From IMG/VR virus record IMGVR_UViG_3300000956_000071, positions 1-50,103 of that record: a DNA stretch of 50,103 nt; one strand, given 5' to 3'. The translations under genes and the position numbers were made by a program. This DNA is from a virus. Lineage: Duplodnaviria; Caudoviricetes. Positions within the stretch are counted from its first letter, which is position 1, and the number at the start of each line of letters is the position of its first letter. Positions 34,934 to 44,451 of this stretch are shown one piece after another. The notes below the pieces were generated by a model. The model did no database searches. It worked only from the letters and a program-made list of their open reading frames with translations, and was not told the origin of the DNA.

Positions 34934-35630
34934 GTCCGATTCCCTTCAGTAGAGCCTGCTTGCCATGTTTCAAGACGACAGAGTTCACGTCTTCCTTGTC
35001 CGGCATCTTGATCACAGTCAGCTTGTCGCCCATCTTGCTGGACAATTCCTTTGCCAATCCCTCACCATACGAGTCCCCATCAGCAAAGACCCATACGGTT
35101 TTGTAGCCACGGAACAGGCGGTAGTACTTACTCTTCCAATTCTTGACTCCGGCCACTGCTACGGCTGGAATTCCGCACAAGTGCGCGGTAATGGCATCAA
35201 TCTCGCCTTCACAGATGGCAATAGCATCGTCAGAAGACTGTAGATCCACCGTGTTGAACAGCTTAGTGTCGCCCGGATGAGCCATGTACTTACCCAGCTT
35301 GGGGTGAGCCTCCTCGCAGGTCCCAGGGTGAAGCTCCAGACACCTGAACTTCATCGTGGCTACCGACCACCCCTTGAATGCGCCGTCCTCACTGGGCCCC
35401 TTGCGAAGGTACGGAATGCTGAGCCACCCCCTGTACCACTCATGGCCAGGAAGAGGGTCCTCAACGTATCCAATCTGGAAACGAGAGAGTGCCACCCGGT
35501 TTTCTGGGGTTAGAAGGCCGCGCCTCTCCAAATACGATTCGCCTGGGCTTCCGCTTAGGCTTTTCTTGTACCTTGTCGTAGCTTCTGCCAAGAATTGTTT
35601 CTGCTCTTCGCTTTGAATCGTGAAATCCAC
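34926..35630 (-). CDS. DNA primase TOPRIM part
   Basis: YL..RGL, IPY, ICEGEIDA, ADGD..G, DVN. Confidence 0.88.
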   Translation of the reverse strand: MDFTIQSEEQKQFLAEATTRYKKSLSGSPGESYLERRGLLTPENRVALSRFQIGYVEDPLPGHEWYRGWLSIPYLRKGPSEDGAFKGWSVATMKFRCLELHPGTCEEAHPKLGKYMAHPGDTKLFNTVDLQSSDDAIAICEGEIDAITAHLCGIPAVAVAGVKNWKSKYYRLFRGYKTVWVFADGDSYGEGLAKELSSKMGDKLTVIKMPDKEDVNSVVLKHGKQALLKGIGRE

Positions 35631-35853
35631 AGTCCTCCTTTCGCTGGATCAGGGTGAGTGCATCTCCCGACCAGTCACACGCAAAGCAAGTGAAAGCATC
35701 GTTGTCGTATGAGATGGTGGCCGATGGCCTGGACTCGTTGTGGAACGGACAGATCAGCTTGTTCCACTCGTTCTTGTTGTCTACCGCGTCCCAGTCTTCG
35801 AACCACTCACAGAACAACTTGTAAATCAGAGAGTCTTCAGGTGCAACTCCCAT
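35461..35853 (-). CDS. DNA primase CHC2 Zn-binding part
   Basis: CPFH.E.RPS...F.CFAC..SGD. Confidence 0.85.
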   Translation of the reverse strand: MGVAPEDSLIYKLFCEWFEDWDAVDNKNEWNKLICPFHNESRPSATISYDNDAFTCFACDWSGDALTLIQRKEDCGFHDSKRRAETILGRSYDKVQEKPKRKPRRIVFGEARPSNPRKPGGTLSFPDWIR

Positions 35854-36053
35854 TCAAAATCCTCCTCATTACCGTATACATCACGGAGACTGCACTTGAG
35901 AATTCCGATGCCCTTGTAGACATAGAAGCCCCAATGGGCGTCGTAGTCGGTGCCTTCGGGTCCGTAAGCGGTTCCGTCGAATGGAAACTCATTCTCGATC
36001 TGCTCTTCGAAAAGTCGAATGAGTTCCTCAGGAAGAACTTCACGCTGCTGCAT
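35826..36053 (-). CDS. Hypothetical protein (start MQQREVL)
   Basis: AAGGAGAG RBS. Confidence 0.5.
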   Translation of the reverse strand: MQQREVLPEELIRLFEEQIENEFPFDGTAYGPEGTDYDAHWGFYVYKGIGILKCSLRDVYGNEEDFEWELHLKTL

Positions 36054-36537
36054 TGCGTCTCTCCTTGTACTCGTTGAGGTAATCAATTCCGAACTGGAGA
36101 ATAGTAACGTTGTCCCTGATGAAGCCAAGGAACTTGTTACATGGACCGCAGAGCAGACCACGAACACATTTGCCACAGGACGTCTTGCCTGCACAGCACT
36201 TGTGATCATGGTCTACCTGCCTACCCTTGCGATACCTACAGATCCAGCACAAGCCCTCAAATCGATTCTGAAGGCCTAAGTACTGGTCCCCGGTCAGGTT
36301 GTACTGCTTGGCTACGTACGCCAGTCTACGGGCCAATGAGGCCCTGTTACGTTCAATCCTGTGACAGGTCGCACAGCGTGGCCCTGGACTACTCAGCTTT
36401 CTGGTACCACTCCCACAGTCCTTGCAACACTTCGTCGGGGACGTAGTCGCCTTCCGGCCCTGCGAGCCAGGAGTTTTGGGACTGGATGATGTAGTTCGTT
36501 GCCTTGAGGTACTCCTTGGCGTGCTCCTTGAGACCAT
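36040..36537 (-). CDS. Endonuclease VII-like resolvase (start uncertain)
   Basis: CWIC...VDHDH.CC...VRGLLC..CN..LG. Confidence 0.88.
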   Translation of the reverse strand: MVSRSTPRSTSRQRTTSSSPKTPGSQGRKATTSPTKCCKDCGSGTRKLSSPGPRCATCHRIERNRASLARRLAYVAKQYNLTGDQYLGLQNRFEGLCWICRYRKGRQVDHDHKCCAGKTSCGKCVRGLLCGPCNKFLGFIRDNVTILQFGIDYLNEYKERRNAAA

Positions 36538-36668
36538 GGCTGCACTCAGTCACAGTCGAAGGAGTGCTGATCTCCTGGATAGTCATCGTAGTCCTCATAT
36601 TCAGGGTACCAGTCGTCGTACTCTTCGATCACTTCGCACCATCCCAATCGGGAATTTCATGCTTGCAG

Positions 36669-36776
36669 CTAGACATCGGTCCTACAGCCCCCATTCCTGC
36701 ATACGTAGCAAATCTCGTACTTTTCCCGAACTGTGGTCCCACACCCACAGGCGCAGTCGCACGTATAGTTAATCAA
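36669..36776 (-). CDS. 35-aa microprotein MINYTCDCACGCGTTVREKYEICYVCRNGGCRTDV
   Basis: GGAGGAG RBS with TTG start; 7 Cys. Confidence 0.55.
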   Translation of the reverse strand: MINYTCDCACGCGTTVREKYEICYVCRNGGCRTDV

Positions 36777-37278
36777 GAAGCTCCTCCGCCACAGTCAAAC
36801 GCCACACACGTGCGTACTTCCCAGCAAACACCTTCAACCCCTCCCAGGAATATGCTTTGCTGGACTCGGTACCAGTCCCCGTCAAGTACCACATCCCCCC
36901 TGCCTTCAGGGCAATGAACACGTACTTATTGCCGCCTGCCGTATAGCTCTTTTCAATCTTGAACGCAGAACCGTTGGAGGGCTCTCGCCCCCACCTACCA
37001 TACTCCAGTCGGTCCAACTTCTTCTCAATGGCTGCCTTCTGCTCCCTGAGAAGCTTAACTTCCTCTTCCTTGGTCATTTCCCACTCCTTCTCGAATATGC
37101 CCAACCTGTATGATTTACACAAGGCCTTCAGTTCGTCGTTTGTCCAGCACCTATCCACCATGGCCTGCATCATAGCCTTGGACAGCTGATCTAGATTAGA
37201 ATCCCTGACATTCTGCCTGACTAACTCCCGATTAGCTTCGAGAGTAGCCCTCCGGCGCTGAGCCTCAACCCAACTCAC
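36769..37278 (-). CDS. Hypothetical protein
   Basis: GTGA overlap with helicase; GGAGG RBS. Confidence 0.6.
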   Translation of the reverse strand: MSWVEAQRRRATLEANRELVRQNVRDSNLDQLSKAMMQAMVDRCWTNDELKALCKSYRLGIFEKEWEMTKEEEVKLLREQKAAIEKKLDRLEYGRWGREPSNGSAFKIEKSYTAGGNKYVFIALKAGGMWYLTGTGTESSKAYSWEGLKVFAGKYARVWRLTVAEELLD

Positions 37279-38147
37279 GTAAACACCTCCTCTTGATATC
37301 GCCGTCCGTCCTCGTCATCAGGCTCCCAGGCTATGTTCACATGAGTAGGCTCGTTATAAGTAACGTCGGTAACCTTCATGGTCTCGCCGGTGAACTCCAA
37401 CTCTGCGAACAATTCACCTGATGGATCCGCTTTACCTCCTCGATTCTTGACCACCGACACACCCATGCGACCAGGGCCAGGACGCCACAGTGTCAGTACC
37501 AGTTGAGGTACACGAGTGATCTGCCCCTTCACACCATTCAGTGGGATGGCCTTCTGTCCGTTGTTGTAGTCGCCGGTGACGTGGTGCAGGCCGATGACAC
37601 AAGCACCAGTAACCCTGGCCATGGAGTGAAGGTAGTCCATCAGAGCCTCAAGGCCAGAGAAGGGATCTCCTGACTCCTGAGCCTCGGTCACCACATTGGT
37701 GATGTTGTCCACCACGATCAACGCAGGGAATTCATTGGTCAGCTCGTAGTAGGCCGCAATGTTCTCTTCGATATCGTGTGGAGTTGGTGCGGAGTTGTAG
37801 TCAATGCGCAGAGGGATTTCCCTCAACACATCCTGAACCTCGGCGGGAAGTTCTCCTTCAAGGACCATCTGTGATGCACGTTCAACCGTGATGTCACACA
37901 GAATGGCAATGCTTCTAGTCAACTGAGTAAAGGCATCAGAGTCTGCACTGAAAATGAATCCTGGAAGCATGGCTTGCAGCGCTAGGTTGAGTACCTTGGC
38001 TGATTTGCCGATACCAGGAGGGGCCACTACCAGAACAAGCTGACCCCTCCGCAGCACAATCCCTAGGTCGTCAAACGCTTTCCACGGCGTAGGAATAGGG
38101 CTGCCCGCATGACCTCTGATACCTGAACTCTGGTTAAGAGTCCACAA
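37275..38147 (-). CDS. DnaB-like/RecA-fold helicase
   Basis: APPGIGKS Walker A; IVVDN Walker B; LHH; VKNRGG. Confidence 0.88.
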   Translation of the reverse strand: MWTLNQSSGIRGHAGSPIPTPWKAFDDLGIVLRRGQLVLVVAPPGIGKSAKVLNLALQAMLPGFIFSADSDAFTQLTRSIAILCDITVERASQMVLEGELPAEVQDVLREIPLRIDYNSAPTPHDIEENIAAYYELTNEFPALIVVDNITNVVTEAQESGDPFSGLEALMDYLHSMARVTGACVIGLHHVTGDYNNGQKAIPLNGVKGQITRVPQLVLTLWRPGPGRMGVSVVKNRGGKADPSGELFAELEFTGETMKVTDVTYNEPTHVNIAWEPDDEDGRRYQEEVFT

Positions 38148-38582
38148 TCAGTTCAACTCCCTTAGTTGTAGGTCAATCATATCGATGATGGTTTCCACTG
38201 TGTAATCGCAGTCCGTCTGTACGGCACTTACCCCGTTGCGGATATCCAACAGAATATTCACAACATCTTCCTTGAGCAGTGCTCCTGTAATCACTGTGCT
38301 GCCCCCTGAATGGTGGTGAGAATGAAGGTGGCAAGTTCGATCGTCTGCTGGCCAACAGTAACCACAGTGACCATGATGCCGATGCCTGCCATGACGTTCC
38401 ACAACAGCTTCGCAATCTTCATCTACACTCCTTTTAATAGTAACGGCGATGTGGCTTACAGGTCAGGGACCACAATGGGCGGGACGTCCGGAAGAGGGAA
38501 GTGGCTGTCGGTCTTCTCGTCCTCATCCGGATCCTGCGTAGGCCACATGATTCGGTCTGGTCTCAGTTCGTGCTTGCCCATT

Positions 38583-38738
38583 TTACTTCTCTCCTTCACG
38601 TATGTGTTTGCATGTACGGATCTCGGTACGAACTGCCCTACATCTTCCACAACTCCAGCAAATGAAGTCTGTGGTATGGCATGTAGGGCAGTTGTACTTG
38701 CTTGCTACCATTGAGCTGGCGCAGTTAGGACAGTTCAT
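38583..38738 (-). CDS. 51-aa multi-Zn-ribbon microprotein (CPNC, CPTC, CWSC, CKH)
   Basis: Read manually; three CxxC knuckles. Confidence 0.6.
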   Translation of the reverse strand: MNCPNCASSMVASKYNCPTCHTTDFICWSCGRCRAVRTEIRTCKHIREGEK

Positions 38739-38788
38739 TCTACCATCCTAGCACACCTATTGGAGTAAACAACTACTCCGATCGGGTG

Positions 38789-39673
38789 TTACTTCGTACC
38801 AACAATGACAGGTGACCCCTGCGGGATGGGAATGACCTGGACCTTTCCATCCTTGATGGCCTGGTTGATGGCCTGCTGCTGAAGGTAGGCCTGGTAGGCA
38901 GGGAGACCGCCGGGGAAGTTCCGACCGGCTGCCTCGTCGATCTGAGCCGCCTCGTTCCGAAGGACGGCAGCCTGCTTCTCGGCCAAGCCCTTCTTAAGCT
39001 GATCACCAATCTCCGGCTTCTGGAGAACAACTGCCTTCACCGAGAAGATAGGCACATCCTGAGTCAGCGTCTTGACGATGGCCTCCGCATCCGCCTTGAC
39101 GGTTGACTCCCACTTCGCCTTGACGTCCTGATTCTGGTAGATCTCCTGCCAGTTGAAGTTGAGTGAGGAATTGTCAATAGCACGGTCGACAGCCGCGCCG
39201 AGGTAGGCCGTCAGGAACTTGGACCAGCCTGCGTTCATGGAGCCACCCTCAGAGCCGTAAGCCTGTCGCTGATTGGTGAAGTTCTCGTGCATGTACTGAA
39301 GAACACCACCCCGCCACTTCTTGCCCTTGGGGTCGACATATTCCTTGCACTCGGTGTTCAGCTCGAACTTGACCACACCCTGAATCTTCAGCTCCTGGCC
39401 ATCCTTGGTGGTTGACGTGAATGATGCGGAATCCTTGTCGTCACCATCACCAAAGTCAAAGTCACGCTGGCCAGCGGGGTAGTAGAAGTAGTCATCGGCC
39501 GGGTCGTTGGCGAGATCCTTTTGGTTCTCCGACCAGCAGGTCTTGAACTGCCGGGTATCGAATGGACCTGCCGAATACTGAAGGGCCACATCAGAACCAG
39601 TGGTGGACACAGACGAACAGGCGGTGACTGCAAAGATGCTGGCACCAAGGATGAAAGCAATGCTCTTCTTCAC
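38789..39673 (-). CDS. SPFH/Band-7 domain lipoprotein
   Basis: Lipobox VTAC; TKDGQEL...V.F.L; C-terminal coiled coil. Confidence 0.75.
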   Translation of the reverse strand: MKKSIAFILGASIFAVTACSSVSTTGSDVALQYSAGPFDTRQFKTCWSENQKDLANDPADDYFYYPAGQRDFDFGDGDDKDSASFTSTTKDGQELKIQGVVKFELNTECKEYVDPKGKKWRGGVLQYMHENFTNQRQAYGSEGGSMNAGWSKFLTAYLGAAVDRAIDNSSLNFNWQEIYQNQDVKAKWESTVKADAEAIVKTLTQDVPIFSVKAVVLQKPEIGDQLKKGLAEKQAAVLRNEAAQIDEAAGRNFPGGLPAYQAYLQQQAINQAIKDGKVQVIPIPQGSPVIVGTK

Positions 39674-39903
39674 TTGTTGTTCTCCTTCTTACGAGTTTCA
39701 CGGATCTTACTGACGATGTTGTACGCAAGGGGATCAGTGGGATAGCCGTAGTTGAGGGCTTCCTCTTCGATCTCCAGGATGAGGCTACGCTGAGACTTGA
39801 CCATCTCAACCCAGGCCTTTCCCATAATCAACTTGACGTAAGTAAACCAGCCCAGAAGGGCCACCAGAATGATGACCCCCAGGATGCAAGCGAATACGAT
39901 CAC
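39670..39903 (-). CDS. Small membrane protein
   Basis: N-terminal TM helix; coupled to SPFH gene. Confidence 0.6.
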   Translation of the reverse strand: MIVFACILGVIILVALLGWFTYVKLIMGKAWVEMVKSQRSLILEIEEEALNYGYPTDPLAYNIVSKIRETRKKENNK

Positions 39904-40069
39904 TGATCCAGCTCCCCTACCCTGCGTTCCAGCTCTTCGACAATGCCATCAGCCCTGTCCTCATCGTTCAGCCTGAGGGCACGACCATTTCCATCACGTA
40001 CCCACATCTCGTCATCCTTGCGGATCTTGAAGGTGTTAGGCTTGACTTCCTTCTTCTCAAACCTGGGCA

Positions 40070-41017
40070 CTAAAAATCTCCCCTCTCGACCTGGAAGCAC
40101 AGAAGGCCAAGCGACCTCCACATGTCCACCACGCGGTCTCGATCATCATACACACCGACGATGTTGTACTTGTCTCGGATGTATTGGTTGAACAGCTCAG
40201 CCTTGATGACAGAGTCCTCAGTGCCATGCTCGTAACGCATGTGAAGCCCCTCAATCGGGACCTTGACGTGCTGATACAGCCATTCCTCTGTGACATCCTT
40301 GAAATCCTCGTGCCGACCCGACACGAACAAGATCTTACGACCCACTACGTAGTGCTGAGTCTGAACCTCTCGGATGACATCGTATTTGGGCTTGTCCAGT
40401 GCATATTTGGATGGGTCGTAAGGGCTACGCACACCCCTACAGTCAGCCACAGTCCCATCAATGTCCACGATGATGGCTTCCGGCAGACCAGGAATCCATT
40501 CTACCTTCTCGTAGCTCACAGGAGGCACGAACGCCAGGTGAGGGTAGAGCTTGTAGGGCTTCCACGTGTCAGCCTTCAACGTGCTGCTGAACTTGCGTTC
40601 CAGGCTATAGATCACATCACTGCCCACCCAACGTTGCCCACGCTCCCGCCGGAGGCGGTCCCATAGGATACACTGAGCGGTACTGACCTGAGTGCAGTCA
40701 ATAATCTCGAATTCAGCACCGTAGTTGTTGGCAATCTCAGCCCACTGCTTGCGGTACTTCTCCCGCAAATGGCAGTCGTGGATGACCACGTGCTTGCCTG
40801 CTTTGATACCACCCTTCACCAGATCCTTCTGAACCCTGGTGATGTACTGCTCAAGGTCGTTGTCCAAGATACCTTCACCATTGAACAAAGACTTACGCAG
40901 ATCATCCCTGGAAACCAGAAGAGTGTTAAGAGGATCTGCCGCCTGAATCTCAAGCGCTTTGGTGGTCTTTCCAGATCCAGGCAGCCCCACCGTAATACTG
41001 ACCTTAGGCAGGCTCAT
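40070..41017 (-). CDS. pnk: Polynucleotide 5'-kinase/3'-phosphatase (T4 PseT-like)
   Basis: GLPGSGKT, SRDDLR; HAD DIDGT, SGR, DDR. Confidence 0.92.
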   Translation of the reverse strand: MSLPKVSITVGLPGSGKTTKALEIQAADPLNTLLVSRDDLRKSLFNGEGILDNDLEQYITRVQKDLVKGGIKAGKHVVIHDCHLREKYRKQWAEIANNYGAEFEIIDCTQVSTAQCILWDRLRRERGQRWVGSDVIYSLERKFSSTLKADTWKPYKLYPHLAFVPPVSYEKVEWIPGLPEAIIVDIDGTVADCRGVRSPYDPSKYALDKPKYDVIREVQTQHYVVGRKILFVSGRHEDFKDVTEEWLYQHVKVPIEGLHMRYEHGTEDSVIKAELFNQYIRDKYNIVGVYDDRDRVVDMWRSLGLLCFQVERGDF

Positions 41018-41210
41018 TGATCTCCTCAAACCGGCCGTTAGGCCCAGCAAGAGCCCCCATCAGATCCTCAATCGTCTCTCCTGGTGCAGGGATGTCGAAG
41101 TGGTCGCTGTATTCTCCCGAGGGAAGCTGCATACGAACCACACCATCCTCCCACTTGTAGAGGTCCCCGCCTTCTGAGGAAAGCTCATCGAAAAGTCGAA
41201 AAAACCTCAT
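41004..41210 (-). CDS. Hypothetical protein
   Basis: AAGGAG RBS. Confidence 0.55.
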   Translation of the reverse strand: MRFFRLFDELSSEGGDLYKWEDGVVRMQLPSGEYSDHFDIPAPGETIEDLMGALAGPNGRFEEINEPA

Positions 41211-41263
41211 TGCCTAACCCTCTCCTTCCAAAAGTTTCAACCTATTGTTTGTCCACTTTGGAC

Positions 41264-41737
41264 TTAACCGCAGCATTCGCAGTCGTGGCGGTCTTCATCG
41301 TAAATCGGGTCACTCCAGTCATAGGAGAACTCCTCGCCGTTCTTCCACAGTTCGATGACCTGTTCGATGCGCTTAATAACCATCTCGTCATCATCGCAGT
41401 AGAAGATGTAATCGGCCTCCTCCGGATTCACCCCAAGGGCATCAGCAGCCCACACAGCCACGCCCTGCCCCCCAGAACCCTTCAGTGCCAACTTGCCGTC
41501 CGGATGAAGCCTCCACCCATTGTAGTAGTAATGCTTCAGAGTGGGGACCTCAGCCCCTGCAATCGCAGCTGCATGGCCAGCAGTACACATGGTGGTGTGG
41601 CACATATTGGGCGTCGACTCCACTGCTTCGGCGGTATCAAAGAAACCCCTGAAGCCGATCCACTCACTTTGGTCGTGCATCTCCGGCTGCGACTTCAGCA
41701 AGTCCAGAGTCGCCTGCAACAATTGGATATTGCCCAT
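41264..41737 (-). CDS. Hypothetical protein, HDQ..W / C.TTMC.AGHAA family (paralog 2)
   Basis: Motifs shared with the upstream gene. Confidence 0.7.
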   Translation of the reverse strand: MGNIQLLQATLDLLKSQPEMHDQSEWIGFRGFFDTAEAVESTPNMCHTTMCTAGHAAAIAGAEVPTLKHYYYNGWRLHPDGKLALKGSGGQGVAVWAADALGVNPEEADYIFYCDDDEMVIKRIEQVIELWKNGEEFSYDWSDPIYDEDRHDCECCG

Positions 41738-41738
41738 G

Positions 41739-42167
41739 TCAGTTCTCCTTAGTCTTGGTGAACTCACCGTAGTAGTTGACCGTGTAGCCATCCGCGAACT
41801 TGTACACCGCGTCTTCGAGCTGCTCACGAGTACGGCCATGGTGGAAGAGGTAATCCGCCTCGTGCTGAGTCAAACCAAGCTTGTCCTTGGCAAACTCACT
41901 GACGAACTTGTACCCTTCCTTCCTCTCCCAATCGTCGGTATGCGCTTCTCGCTCAGAAACATGGTTCCCCTGATCATTCAGGATCCACTCTTCCTCAAGT
42001 CGGAAGACCACCGGGTCGAAACTGGCACCCGAGATCGATGCTGCATGACCAGCAAAGCACATCGTCGTGGCGCATGGATTAACCCAAGTACCCTGGTCAT
42101 GCTTCTCTGGAAACATCTTGATCAGTGCCATTGTCGCCAGCAGAAGCGGGACATTCTTCTCAGTCAT
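41739..42167 (-). CDS. Hypothetical protein, HDQ..W / C.TTMC.AGHAA family (paralog 1)
   Basis: Motifs shared with the downstream gene. Confidence 0.7.
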   Translation of the reverse strand: MTEKNVPLLLATMALIKMFPEKHDQGTWVNPCATTMCFAGHAASISGASFDPVVFRLEEEWILNDQGNHVSEREAHTDDWERKEGYKFVSEFAKDKLGLTQHEADYLFHHGRTREQLEDAVYKFADGYTVNYYGEFTKTKEN

Positions 42168-42387
42168 TGTTCTCCCTCTCGATTTGTTTTATTTCTTGGA
42201 TAATGTCTTCCAACCACTGATCGCATTCCGCTTGGGTCTTCCCTGCAAACCTCATTGCGATCATGTGCCTTGCTACACGCTTGGAAAGATCCGCAGGAAT
42301 GGCACGGACGTTAGGTCCAGACTTACCTTTGTTGGAAAAGACCTTCCCCGTGCCACCCTTAGATGGGTTTCCCCGACTAACAAACAC
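42160..42387 (-). CDS. Hypothetical basic protein
   Basis: Overlaps both neighbours. Confidence 0.5.
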   Translation of the reverse strand: MFVSRGNPSKGGTGKVFSNKGKSGPNVRAIPADLSKRVARHMIAMRFAGKTQAECDQWLEDIIQEIKQIERENND

Positions 42388-43439
42388 TAAGGCTTTACCT
42401 GCTTCCAGATCAGCTCCGCCACCCGTGACTCTTGCCCATCAAGCATCATGAACAAACAAGAGCGGTAAACCGCAGTCCACTTCTCAGACCATTTTGCGAA
42501 GGCCTTTCGATCCTTCTTCAGCTCTGGGCTCACGTTGTACCAGAGTGCCTCCAGAGCGTCCCAGTAGTCCTGCACTCGATTGAACAAATCCCGTAGGATT
42601 GGCTCCGCCCAGGAATGCAACTCCTCTGGAATGGATGCCATAATCTCATCGTAGGTCTTACCGTCAGACGCCCATTGCCATAGTTGCTTTTCGTTCAGTC
42701 CAGTCATCACCTTGTGCAGTTCGATGTAGTCTTCCTGCTTCAGCTTCAGGCGGTCGCCTGTTTCCTCGTTGAGGACCACCACACCCTCAGCATTGGGCCT
42801 TTTCAGATCGATCATCTCTCGCACGTGCCCCCAACTACCTGCCATCATGAAGTGGTTCAGCTTGACTCCATAATACATCATGTACTTGTAGTCGAAGAAG
42901 TCTTTTCCCGACCTTATGTCCACAGAGCCCAGGTACCTCAGTGACTCTTCGTCTCCGTAGTCCAGGACGATACGGTTTTCGGGATAGATGATCTCGAACA
43001 GATCTGTGTGGATACCGTCTGTCTCGTATGCCCGGTATTTGGTCCTGAGAAGCTCTGTAGCCTTCAAAGCCTGGTCTGAGGCAAAGGACCCCTTGGTGGC
43101 GATCGCAGGGCCCACAGGAGTGTTGTAAGCGATGCCTAAAGACCCATCCACCTTGTCGTACACAGTAACCCAGTCGTCTTCCTTGAACTCAGGTGCGTTG
43201 GGCTCCCCCAGGTTGAAGAACTTCTTGAACGGACGGGCCAGGATCTCTCCAGTCTCCTGATGGTAGATCAAACCCCGACAGTTCTTAGTAACGTCATTCC
43301 AAGCCCGTTCGAACATGGCCTGTTTGGTGTAACACGCAATGTTGTAAGGGAAAAAGGGGTGACGCTGGACGCGGACGTAACCCCCCTTTGTCATCTCGAC
43401 TAAGTCTTTCGCGTCCATCAGGTCGTAGATGGTGATCAT
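42387..43439 (-). CDS. RNA ligase 1 (T4 Rnl1-like)
   Basis: CRGLI, ARPFKKFFN, K.DGSL, FEII.P.NRIV, EGVV, KLK..Y. Confidence 0.92.
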   Translation of the reverse strand: MITIYDLMDAKDLVEMTKGGYVRVQRHPFFPYNIACYTKQAMFERAWNDVTKNCRGLIYHQETGEILARPFKKFFNLGEPNAPEFKEDDWVTVYDKVDGSLGIAYNTPVGPAIATKGSFASDQALKATELLRTKYRAYETDGIHTDLFEIIYPENRIVLDYGDEESLRYLGSVDIRSGKDFFDYKYMMYYGVKLNHFMMAGSWGHVREMIDLKRPNAEGVVVLNEETGDRLKLKQEDYIELHKVMTGLNEKQLWQWASDGKTYDEIMASIPEELHSWAEPILRDLFNRVQDYWDALEALWYNVSPELKKDRKAFAKWSEKWTAVYRSCLFMMLDGQESRVAELIWKQVKP

Positions 43440-43516
43440 TACTCTCCTCTAGATTTGCACTGACAATAAATTAGTATTCGTTTGCAGTCTGGGCAGTAGA
43501 AGATCTCTACAGGCAC
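43439..43516 (-). CDS. 25-aa microprotein MPVEIFYCPDCKRILIYCQCKSRGE
   Basis: GAGGAAG RBS; TAATG coupling to RNA ligase; CxxC-x6-CxC. Confidence 0.55.
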   Translation of the reverse strand: MPVEIFYCPDCKRILIYCQCKSRGE

Positions 43517-43638
43517 GTTTCTTCCTCACGTGTAGATAAGGTCAATCGCAATCACCAAGGCCAGAACCACCAGGATGATGGGATCGACGAACAGCGCGGC
43601 CACGAGCACTACAATGGCCAACAGGACACCTACAGGGC

Positions 43639-44055
43639 TCATGATCCTGAACTCCCCTTCCCTGCTGATCCAGAGCCAAATCCTCCTCGGGAGATGGCCG
43701 ACTTACTGATGGTGGACCCTGAGGTAGGAACACCACCACGTGAATAGTAACTGGATTTTGGGGCTCCACTGTACCCATGAGACCTAGTGACCTTCTGGCC
43801 TACTGGGGGCGCACTGTGACCAGAATTGGTGCTGTACCAAAACCACACAGAACCATTGTCACTTTCCCATCCCTCAGAGCCATCAGAGCAGTTGTCGTCA
43901 TCAATCCTCTGCTCTGTCTTTGGGTCAATGCAAACCCCGATTTCGTCCGCCTCAGATGGAGCCACAGAGCAGCCAGCCAGCACGATAGCCAGCGCCGACA
44001 CAAGGCCAACTGTGTTCACCATAGTGCCCTGTTTACTCATGTCAGCTCCGTGCAA
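43639..44055 (-). CDS. Lipoprotein with Gly/Ser-rich tail
   Basis: LAGC lipobox; C.D...R.DD..C; SRGGFG. Confidence 0.65.
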   Translation of the reverse strand: MHGADMSKQGTMVNTVGLVSALAIVLAGCSVAPSEADEIGVCIDPKTEQRIDDDNCSDGSEGWESDNGSVWFWYSTNSGHSAPPVGQKVTRSHGYSGAPKSSYYSRGGVPTSGSTISKSAISRGGFGSGSAGKGSSGS

Positions 44056-44160
44056 TCAAGTGGATAAGTTCCCACAATGCCCAGACGGACAATGACGCGA
44101 AAACCACAGCGAACGTGACAATAAAGCAACCAATGCACCCAGTAAGGTTATCGTCGTCCA

Positions 44161-44451
44161 TCACACCTCCTCGTATGTCTTTGCCATGATGTCCGGCTTG
44201 ATAGCCCAGAATTCGTCATTGATTCCCTTGGCGATGTAGTCGCCGATCGAGGCGTACATTGGTCCCTCAAGAGTCGGGATCAGAAGTTTGTGTTCATTCT
44301 GCTTTGTCTCCGGGTTCCACCGCACAACTACATCCAGATCAACGCCATACCTCAATGCCCAATCTTGAATGCTGTCGGTGCTCGCAAAAGTCTCCTCCCA
44401 CTGAACAGCGTCGATCGTAGCCATTTTCTTGTACGTTTTGATTACCGCCAT
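44161..44451 (-). CDS. Conserved phage protein (PTLEG...GDYI.KG...KPDI..KTY family)
   Basis: Motif recognised from a widespread phage family of unknown function. Confidence 0.65.
   Translation of the reverse strand: MAVIKTYKKMATIDAVQWEETFASTDSIQDWALRYGVDLDVVVRWNPETKQNEHKLLIPTLEGPMYASIGDYIAKGINDEFWAIKPDIMAKTYEEV

Noticed and set aside
44161-44451. Calling this protein Tad2 or another named sponge
   Set aside because: It lacks the Tad2/DUF2829 pattern I recall, and a name cannot be supported without a search.
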